From Octopus sinensis (lineage: Eukaryota), in the NCBI RefSeq assembly GCF_006345805.1, contig NC_043001.1:61070001-61134000 (forward strand): a stretch of DNA of 64,000 nt, read 5' to 3'. Positions 39,012-64,000 of this stretch are shown here, piece by piece. Below the pieces are notes generated by a model that searched no databases, was not told the DNA's origin, and saw nothing but the letters and a program-made list of their open reading frames with translations. Numbering within the stretch: the first letter of the stretch is position 1; each line of letters starts with the position of its first letter. The translations under genes were made by a program, and so were the position numbers.

Positions 39012-42000
39012 TGGCTTGGCTTCGCGAATAAAGATTAAGAAGTGGCTTGAGCACGTTGACTGCAAGCACTCTTTTGGCTGCAGACACGTTCGTGGTTCAC
39101 AAGCCAGTGCAGAAGAAGTATCCACAAACACAGTGGTGGTAGGTGAAGGTTTGGTCAGGATTTGATAACATGTTCTAGTTCGGCTTCCTGTGTGTTTTTA
39201 TCCTTGAGATTGAACCTGCGGGTGTTTTCGAAGGAGGAGACAGCATGGTTGACGGTGAGATGACAAACGTCAGTGTCTTCGGCTAGGGTTGACCTCTGGT
39301 GATGGTCGATGTGACCTGGACCAACAAATGTTTCTTTAGTTTGCGCCCCTCTGTGCTGCGATAGTGAGTAAAGAGTTCGTCATCCTGAAGAAGTCCAGCT
39401 GGGGTTTCAGAAGTATGGCTTCCATGCATGTCTTCCATGCCTCTACCTGTTTAAGAACTTTAACATGCGTGATGAAATCCCTCCAGTCGATGTTGAAAAT
39501 GGTACGAAAGGAACGCCAGAGAAGCGCTCGGGGTGTAGTAGATGATGATGATAGGTGACCCACGACTCTGAGCCAAATAGGAGGGTTAATATCTATGGTT
39601 CTGTACACGCTGATCTTGGTGCCATTTTTTCACGTGTCTGTCATTCCACACACATTTATACACTCTGCCAAATGCCCTAAAAACATTTGCTATTTTATTG
39701 TCGATTTCCTTATCAACCTTGGTATCTGACGCGATGGTGCACCCCAGATAGTTGAATCGATGGACCGTTTTCAATTCAGCCTCGCCGATATTGATATTTG
39801 AAGGGCTCCCGAGCTTCCTTAAGGTAAATTGTAGCCCAAACAGCCTCTACGGAAGATTTGTATGTGTTGGCAACAAGTGCAGCATTGTCAGCAAACCGGA
39901 GGCATCGGATCAGTTATTCCAGGGCCTTCCTGCGGGGTGGGGGCTGTAGTAGTCGGTGGTTAAACAGGCTGCCATCAAGAGAGTATTTGATGTAGATTCC
40001 GCCCTCATTAGCAAGATCTGAGGCCTGCTTCAGCATCACGCTGAAAAAGAATGTGCAGAGAGTAAATGGTATGACGTAATCCTGCTTCCCTCCGTTAGTG
40101 ATCGGAAAGCACTCTGAGAGGTTAGTGTTGAGTTTATCTTCACCACACTGGTCTTCGTGCTCCTGGAAGACCAGTTTCAGGGACTTTTGATGATAGTCGA
40201 GTTGTTCCACACTTGTTAGCCCTTTGTTTTGCTGCTGGAATTCTCTTGGTGCTTCCTGAGAATTTGTGTGCCGAGCTCGTGTAAACAATAAAGTTACACC
40301 AGCTCTCTGGAAGTTGTTATTCGGCGATGGTAGTTACTAACCAGTCAATTCAGCAGAATCCTTGCAAGGATTTTTCCTGCGACAGAGTTATCCCTCGCTA
40401 ATTAGAGTGGTCGGATTTCTCCCCCTTTCTTCTTGTGCAGGATGATGATAACTGCAACGTGGAGATTTTGTGGTAGTTTGCTCTGCATCCAGCAACAGAC
40501 GAATTCACGGAGATTTGCATGTAACCCTGGACGGCCATCATTCCAAATTTTTGGTGCGATTCCTGTTACTTCTACTGATTTTCCACTCTTCAGCTGCTCT
40601 ATGCGTTTGGTGATATTTTCGATGGTGGGCAACTCATGCAGTTGCATTTTAATAGATGTAGTGGAATGTAAGGAATTCCTGATTCATAGACATTGAGGTT
40701 AGCACTGAAGACGGCCTTGATATGTTCTGATAAATGACTAATGATGGACACTCTGTCTGTGAGGAGCGCCTGGCTGTCTGCACTATGTAAAGGACACTGA
40801 ACCGATACGTAGTGATATATACTACATTTAAGGCTTCGTAGAAGCGGTTGGGCGTCTTCGGTGTCTACGCACAGCTGTGTTCTCTCAGTTTAGTCCACCA
40901 GTTGTTCTGGATCTCTCTGAGCTTGCGGTGGAGGTTACTACATACGAGATGGAATGCAGCTTTCCTCTCGAGACAACATGACTGAGCTAAATGTGTCTGA
41001 TGTGTGAATCTCTTCTTCACCAGCTGTAGTTGAATTTCCTTATTGTTGTCCTCGAACCAATCCTTGTTCTTCTTTGGTGAATCCAATTACTTACCCAGAT
41101 GTCTAGAGAATGGCACTTTTGAGTTGTTCCCAAAGTGCGGAAACTCTGGAGACGCTTGCGTCTTCTGGATTCGAGTAAAGACCTGCCTGAATGTTTATGT
41201 TCACTTCAGCTGACTGGAAAGTGTCAATCTTTAAGTTTTTGCTGAGTGCTCCTCCTTTCTTTGGCTATGGTTGTAAAGTAGAGCTTGAGATTGAAAGCAA
41301 CAAGTCAATGTTTGGTGTAACATCCTGCACTCTACTATGCAAAATATCTTTCATTTCACGCTGGCGCACCTTATTGAGACGCCAATATTTGGACTGAGGA
41401 TGTGTCAAGGTTGTGTTCAACCTGTTTTCCTGCCCGAAAATGGTGTTTGGGATGACGAGTGGATATTCTGTGCAGTATTTCAAAATCAGAAGACGTCCGC
41501 TGTACTTGTTGTAACCTACGCCATGTCGCCCAGTCACTTCTTTGTAGACGACAGAATTTTGGAATATCCTAGCGCTGAATTCACTTCAGATTATGACTTT
41601 GACATCTGCAGGGGTGCCTTGAAAGAGGCTGAGCAGATTAGTATCCAACAAAGCACCTCAGTAGAATCTGCTTGAATAGTTGTGGAGTACTCGCTGAAGA
41701 GCATGTTGCTCTACATTACTCGGTAGAAGGCACACAGAGATGATGCGCTCAGCATGATCAGTTGGCAAATTTTCAAATTTGGAAGCGACAAATTTTCTGA
41801 TAATGAAGCTTACGCGCAAAAGCCGTCTATCTGTTGCTGGTTTGCCTGACTAGTAGAGGGTATAACAGCGCCATGCTCTTCTAGGCTGTCTTCTTCTGAA
41901 TAATGAACTTCAGTGAGAGCGATGTCAACATGCAGTCCTGACATTTGGTATGCAATTAAAACAGTGCAATATTCTGATGTTTCAGCATGCGATTTTCAGT

Positions 42001-42340
42001 CTTTTCACACTCTTGCAGGTGGCTGTGTATGTTTTCATCCTTGATGGCATTCGACCGCATGAAAAATGCCTGCTCACTGCAATTTTCCAACTGGTGCTTA
42101 GGCCACCTTTTCATGGCTTATCTGCATTAGAGGAAGCATTGATGTCCCTAGAGAAGGCTGCTTGGTCATTCAGAGTGTACATACGGAATTCATCTGCCTT
42201 GACCCAGGAAGCTGGGACGGTGACAGCAAAGACCTCGGGTCCTAGGTTTTGCATCAGAGTTTCTTTCCTCAAGCTTTCTCTCCTTTTGCTCAAAAACATC
42301 CCTCGGTGCTGTAGTGGCAGTTACCTAGACTAGGGTATCT
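39012..42340 (-). mobile_element. RTE-clade (BovB-like) LINE, near full length, degenerate
   Basis: APE motifs (GRHGVG...SGRLLILKYCTEYPLVIPNTIF), KKNKDWFEDNNKEI, RT region (IKQLKSGK-like, VHRFNYLGCTI...EIDNKIA) and a 3' end tcgcgaagccaagcca. Confidence 0.9.
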
Positions 42341-42716
42341 ACTGCATGCTACAAGACATGTCCATGACCCAAGCTCTTGACACGTCGAGTCTGTTCAATA
42401 TCCTTGCTACTAAGACGATTTAATCCATAGATGGGACCCTAATACTTACTAGCACCTCGGGTCTGAGCTGATGAGGGAAAATTGGCGACTATGGAGTAAC
42501 TCCATTCTTCCCGATAACCCAAACTTCACCAACTGGAGTCATGAGCTGGATGAAGTTAAGTTTCATACCCAAGACCCAGCGTATAGCCTAATAAGATGTT
42601 TTTGACAACACTAGAAATTATATTGATTTATTGGTGAAAAGGCAAAATATGAAATATGAGTGAATGCATAAAATTGGTAATGATAATGATGATGATAATA
42701 ATAATAATAATAATGA

Positions 42717-42764
<48 letters not shown>

Positions 42765-42803
42765 TGATGATGATGATAATAATAATAAAAATAATAATAA
42801 TTA

Positions 42804-42879
<76 letters not shown>

Positions 42880-42886
42880 ATTATTA

Positions 42887-58375
<15,489 letters not shown>

Positions 58376-58870
58376 ATGCTGTTTCACAGCGATAATGCTC
58401 TTCTCAGTACACGAGCCGTTCCAGTTAGGGATGGTAAGCCTGGAATCATTTTCAATTAGGTTCCAGTACCTTTTTTTATCATACTTAGAGATCCTACAAT
58501 CACTGGTAGTGTAGTCGCCTTGAGATGCCACATTTTTTCAATTTCTATCAGCAGGTCTTTATTTTTACTAATCTTGTCAAATTCTTTCACCGCTATATTG
58601 TGATCGCAAGAGATACTCATGTCAATAATATACACATCTGTTTTGTCTGATCTTTTATATTAATATCCGGTTTATTAGCTTTTATAGCCTTGTCGGTCTG
58701 TACGGGGAAGTCCCATAGAATCGACAGATTTTCTCCCCCAGTCACAGCTTCAGGATGGTGTTTATATCATTTGCCAGCGGCTTTGATTTTATAATACCGA
58801 CATATTGTCCAATGTAAATACTGGCCAAATCTGTCATATCTTGCTTTATATTCTGCAGGTGCTAAGACTC
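58376..58870 (-). mobile_element. R4/Dong LINE 3' fragment in (AAT)n
   Basis: Minus strand encodes NKPDI...DMSISCDHNIAVKEFDKISK, LIEIEKMWHLKATTLPV and TARVLRRALSL*. Flanked by (AAT)n on both sides. Confidence 0.8.
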
Positions 58871-58893
58871 TATCATTATTATTATTATTATTA

Positions 58894-58949
<56 letters not shown>

Positions 58950-58980
58950 ATCATCATTATTATTATCGTTATTATTATTA

Positions 58981-59011
<31 letters not shown>

Positions 59012-59013
59012 CA

Positions 59014-59059
<46 letters not shown>

Positions 59060-59060
<1 letters not shown>

Positions 59061-61212
59061 TAGTTTTATTTTTATAGCGTGCTTTCACTTCACTACCGAG
59101 CGCAGCTCTGTGTGCCTTGGGTATGTGCTGTGATTTGTTGTGATGCTCTGATGGTTATTGTATGGAAAGTGTTCTGCGTAGGATGTGTGCAGTGCCTAGT
59201 ATTGCAATTTTCTGTATGTTATATGTGTTTGTAAGTCCTGGTGTTTTTGTTATGTATTTGTCTGAATATTTTTTTATCATGCCTAATGCACCTACTATGA
59301 TAGGAATTGTTTCTGTTTTCAGATTCCACATTCTAGTTTCCTCTATTTCCAGGTCTTTGTCTTTTGAGAGTTTCTCCATTTCTTTTAGAGACACGTTGTC
59401 ATCAGCCGGTATTGATACATCAATTAGAAAGCATTTTTTTTCTTCATGGTCTCTGACACCTATATCTGGTCTGTTGGCCTTAATTTCTCTATCTGTGTGT
59501 ATCGGCATATCCCAGAGTATGGTTGCATTCCCGTTTTCTCTGACCTTTTCTGGTGTGTGCCTATACCATCTTTTTTCTGTTGTTATTCCATAATGTTGGC
59601 ATAGCTTCCAATGTATGTAGGTTCCAACTCTGTCATGTCTGTGAATATATTTCTTCTTAGCCAGGACTGGGCAGCTATAGATAATATGATTTATTGTTTC
59701 TTGTCCATCTCCACATATTCTGCAGTTACTTGTAATATTTCTTTTCATTACATGTTTTTGGTAATTTCTGGTGGGGAGGCTTTGGCCTTGTGCTGCAATT
59801 AAAAATCCCTCTGTTTCTGCTTTGAGTCCTGAGCTTCTCAACCATTGCTGGGATTTTTCTTTGTCTATTTCTTTTGCGTTTAGTTTAGTCCAGTATTTAC
59901 CATGAAGGGGCTTTTCTTGCCATCGTTTTATCATGGTTCGTTGCTGTTCTATTTTTAGTATGGATTTCATTTGTTTTATAGCTTTTGTTGTTTCTTCATC
60001 TTCTTCTTCTTCTTCTTCATGTTTATTAGGTGGTATGATTTATTGTTTGTATTTGTCAGCTTCCTTAAATACTGAGAACAGTTTTTTGTTTTGCTCGTGT
60101 TTTGCCGCTATCTGGATCAGTTTTCCTTCCTTCTGAAGTAGATATTTTTGCAGTCCTATGGTGGTTATTTTATAGTAGTTTTCCAGCTGTATAAGGCCTC
60201 TACCACCTTCTATACCTTGTATATATAGTCTTTCTATGTCAGATTTTGGGTGATGCATCCTAGATCCTGTCATTATTTTTCTTGTTTTGCTATCTATTTT
60301 GGTCAGTTCATTTCGTGTCCAGTTAAGGATATTGTAGCTGTAACTTATAACTGGGACAGCTAAAGTGTTGATACCTATTATCTTGTTTTTAGCATTGAGC
60401 TCTGTGTTTAGTATTGATCCAACTCGTCTATAATATTCTTTTTTTATTTTCTCTTTCATTTGTGTGTGTTGTGTCTTATCTAGTTCATGGATTCCTAAGT
60501 GTTTGTAAGTTTGGCTTTGGTCTAATTCTTTTATTTCATTGATTTTATCTAGTGTGATGTTGTTACTCTTAACTAGTTTTCCTCTTTTCATGGTTACTTT
60601 GGCGCATTTTTCTAATCCAAATTTCATATCTATTTCTTTGGTAAATCCATGAACTGTCTTTAATAGTGTTTCCAGCTGTTTGTCATTTGCAGCGTATAGT
60701 TTTAGGTCATCCATATATAAAAGGTGGCTGATCGTTTTGCCGTAACATTTATATCCGCATCCAGTTCTATTTAGCATATCAGATAGATGTGACAGTTCCA
60801 AGCAGAAAAGGAGTGGAGAGAGCGTGTCTCCCTGGAATATTCCTCTTCTAATGGGGATGGCTTTGGTTTTCATGAGTCCCTCTTTTGTTTGGATGTGTAG
60901 GACTGTTTGCCATTTATTCATAGAGTGCTCTATGAATTTTATGATTGTTGGTGCTACTTTGTTAATGGCTAGTGTTTCGAGGATCCATGTGTGGGAGATG
61001 CTATCAAACGCCTTTTTGTAGTCAATCCAGGCCATACTGAGGCCTTTCTTCTTTCTGTGGCTGTCTTCAGTTATGGCTTTATTAATCATTAGTTGATCTT
61101 TACAGCCATATGAGCCTTTGCAGCATCCTTTCTGCTCTTCTGGGAACAGTTTGTTTTCGTCCAGGTGCTTGTCCAGCCTTTGTGATATCACTGCAGTAAA
61201 TGCCTTGAACAT
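59060..61212 (-). mobile_element. R4/Dong-clade LINE, 5'-truncated; RT, CCHC and REL endonuclease in one frame with a single stop
   Basis: ORFs 60040..61212 (GIFQGDTLSPLLF, YMDDLKLYA) and 59155..59970 (CRICGDGQETINHIIYSC, RPDI..D, KDLEIE, PIIVGALG) are in the same frame, separated by one TAA at 60042-60040. Both ends abut (AAT)n in the sense orientation. Confidence 0.95.
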
Positions 61213-61242
61213 AGTATTATTATTATTATTATATTATTATTA

Positions 61243-61276
<34 letters not shown>

Positions 61277-61312
61277 TTATTATTATTATTATTATCATCA
61301 TCATCATTATTA

Positions 61313-61368
<56 letters not shown>

Positions 61369-61369
61369 A

Positions 61370-62552
61370 CTAAGCATTCATTTTTTCGAACCAAGACAGA
61401 CAGACTGAACCATTCATAAGTTTAAAAAACACCGCAAAAAAAAACTATGTTCCGAGATAAATCTATCAACAAAAAATTCAGACAAATTTAGATCTGCTAG
61501 CCTTAAGAAGATACGCTACGAACGAGGTTTACATGCAGAGAACACGGAGACGGTGTTGCCGCAAAAAATTAACCCTAGACAGACAGATCCGTCTCCCAAT
61601 GGAAGCGTCAAAGCTCGTCATGCCTCACTGTTAACAAAACAAATTGCAAACCGCAATGGTCATCAATCGGATTACAAAATACCACGTATCCGAATATTGA
61701 ACCAGATTCGGATTGAAAAATCAGCTACTGATTCAAATCTTCCCGACACACAGGATCTGGACGTACCCCACAACGGTATATTCCAACAGATGGCCATCTA
61801 TGCCCGTCATCAAATAACCAAAAGAAACAGAATAAAAAATGGTCTAGGGAAGATAATAAAGAAGTACTTATGGCCTTCTACCATGCCATATATTTCCCCA
61901 CAGATAAATCTAATACTGTACAAACCAACTTAAACTAGAGACAAAAACACCCGGAAGTAAGACCCTACGCAGACAGTAACAAACTTGCCAACGCCAAAAG
62001 AAACATTATAAAAAAAATTACTGACTGATGTAGAGATTGACCAAATTAAACAAGCAGTAACGGATAAAAAGCTAAAGAAGATACTAGCGAGGAAAAAAAT
62101 TATAGACCAACCCAGGGCTGATAAAAGCGCAGTAAGGATTGACAGAGTTAATGTAAGTCATAGGCAAAGTGAAATACTCTCTGAACCAATCATAAACACA
62201 AAGACAGATGAAAATCAAATACATGAAGAAAGTCACACAAATATTGACCTAACTACATGAGCTAAAAAATCAAATCATGATTGGATGGCTGAAAATTAAA
62301 GAAACCAGTATGGATGAACGCGATACTCTCCCAAAAAGCAGCGATTCTAACCAAAACCTGAAAATAATTGGCAACATCCACCTTGCACTTCAGGATATAA
62401 TTTCAGCTAATGATGCGGATAACATAGATCTCAACCACCTATACTATGCATCCGCGAAAATCTCAACGATTCTATGTGGTGAAATGCCTGGAAATGTATA
62501 AAATAGCGCCTACTCTGCGAAACTTTTTGTCTGTAAGTATGAGATCATGCGC
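61370..62552 (+). mobile_element. 5' region plus short RT piece of a second, degenerate R4/Dong-like element
   Basis: KWSREDNKEVLMAFYHA-like N-terminal motif at about 61838-61890, and VVKCLEMYKIAPTLRNFLSVSM, homologous to LETLAINKVAPTIIKFIEHSM of the adjacent RT. Confidence 0.6.
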
Positions 62553-62896
62553 AGAAGTACTGAGGGAACATCATAGTCATGTGTTCAGAGGGATTATTTG
62601 GGGCTTGAGTACTTCCCCTTTGGAAACATGAGTGCTTCATTCAACATCCTTAAACAACCCTTATTCAGGGAACTTTTGAGCGGGATGGGCTACTCGGCCA
62701 GAAGAAAATTCTAACTGGGCCCCACCTGCAAGATCATGCGTTGTTTATCTTGATATGAGATCTTCATGTCGCGCACATATGGTTGTGATACATGTGCCTG
62801 GTGCACCCTTATCAGACGGGTAGTCTTGATGGGTATACTGGGCTTCTTTTTTTTTTAACCCAGTGTCACTTTATGGCTTGCACTGCTCTCTCACTC
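62553..62896 (+). mobile_element. Diverged 5'-truncated AAT-anchored element in plus orientation
   Basis: Reverse complement of the array unit, ending ...cactgctctctcactc|aataataat. Confidence 0.9.
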
Positions 62897-63081
62897 AATA
62901 ATAATAATAATAAGAAGAAGAAGAAGAAGAATAAGAATAATAATAATAATAATAATAATATAATAATAATAATAAATAATAATAATAATAATAATAATAA
63001 TAAGAATAATAATAAGAAGAATAAGAATAATAATAATAATAAGAAGAAGAAGAAGAATAAGAATAATAATAATAAGAAGAA

Positions 63082-63112
<31 letters not shown>

Positions 63113-63143
63113 AAGAAGAGAAGAAGAAGAAGAAGAAGAAGAA
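62897..63143 (+). repeat. (AAT)n/(AAG)n microsatellite
   Basis: Mixed AAT/AAG tandem. Confidence 0.95.
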
Positions 63144-64000
63144 TGTAATCAGGGAGATTTTTTGCGTATTTTCAAATGCTTGTAAAATGATGGGATAAAA
63201 AATTCTCAGAAACTATGGTAATAACAATGAGAAGTAAATGATGAGAATTAAATAAAGTGAATTTATACACTGCTAAAAATAACTGACGTGTGGTGTACGA
63301 AAGAAAATGAGAAGAAAATGATGAAAAATGGAGATATATTTATGTTTCTTCGACAAATTATAGGAAAAGTTTTGAAAAGCTAACCTTCTACATAAGAGTA
63401 ATACGGTGGAATATATGGAAAAATCTATCACAGGGCCGGTCTCAGTAGAACTTGTGAGAAAATATTGATAAAAATAAAACTCAGATGTGTGAGTAATCTT
63501 CTGTATAGCAAACTGAATGTAAAAATTGGATGCCTATCATAATAAAAGTAAAAGGCTGTAAGTGTTAACGGCGTAAGCTGAAAAAATAATCATTGAAATA
63601 CAAAATAATATCTGCATTGTAATGACGGTGAAATAGATGAAAAATTGCGTAAGAAAATTTGTTAATGAGTAAAATGTTTTCAGTATTATATTTGACAGGA
63701 TTCAAATAAACGTGAGCGGAACAAAATTAAATAGTTCAAGCTGAAAGAATCGGTGTGTAGTGTATTATGCCGAGAAAAAATTGACCATAACATAAACAGT
63801 GTATTTGTAAAATTGTATTTTTATGCATATATAGTCCAATCTACGTTCGGAGTTTCAATGTTGATGTGGTCTACTTTGACTTTCATGATTTCCTGATGGA
63901 TAAATTAAAGTACCAGACAAGTACTGGCGGCAATGACTGCCCCCTTCCTTCAAAACAGATGATATTTCGATAAAATTTAGAAAGAATTGTTATCACCAAT

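Noticed and set aside
42340-42600. HDV-like ribozyme at the RTE 5' end, and at the 5' end of the array element
   Set aside because: A full nested double pseudoknot could not be assembled by eye. A descriptor search (RNArobo or Infernal) is needed.
59155-62552. Twin-priming 5' inversion of a single Dong element
   Set aside because: The plus-strand piece contains an RT segment overlapping, and clearly diverged from, the minus-strand RT, and 150 bp of microsatellite separates them. They are different elements.
63144-64000. Unique-looking AT-rich tail as possible coding sequence
   Set aside because: Stops are frequent in all frames and no motif was recognised apart from a SINE family 2 trace near 63900.

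Overview
AT-rich, microsatellite-dense eukaryotic DNA. It is inferred to be an octopus/coleoid cephalopod genome from its tRNA-derived SINE families and RTE/R4/Penelope content; no database check was possible. (1) 0.3-1.2 kb: three phase-compatible minus-strand exons of a probable host gene for a secreted or membrane protein, with a weak resemblance to IgGFc-binding N-terminal domains. Possible upstream exons lie at 31.8 kb and 38.9 kb. (2) 1.3-42.4 kb: a transposon graveyard with at least six Penelope-like (RT/GIY-YIG) fragments, two with clear minimal hammerhead ribozymes, plus Tc1/mariner elements, a 700-bp foldback element, three SINE families, an RTE LINE and R4/Dong- and Hero-like REL LINE fragments. 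(3) 42.9-58.4 kb: a 15.5-kb higher-order tandem array of 15 same-orientation copies of a non-coding element (7 copies of a ~297-bp truncated form, 8 of a ~557-bp full form) separated by ATT/ATC microsatellite. It abuts R4/Dong LINEs inserted in the same (AAT)n target. Most ORFs in the supplied track are microsatellite artefacts.
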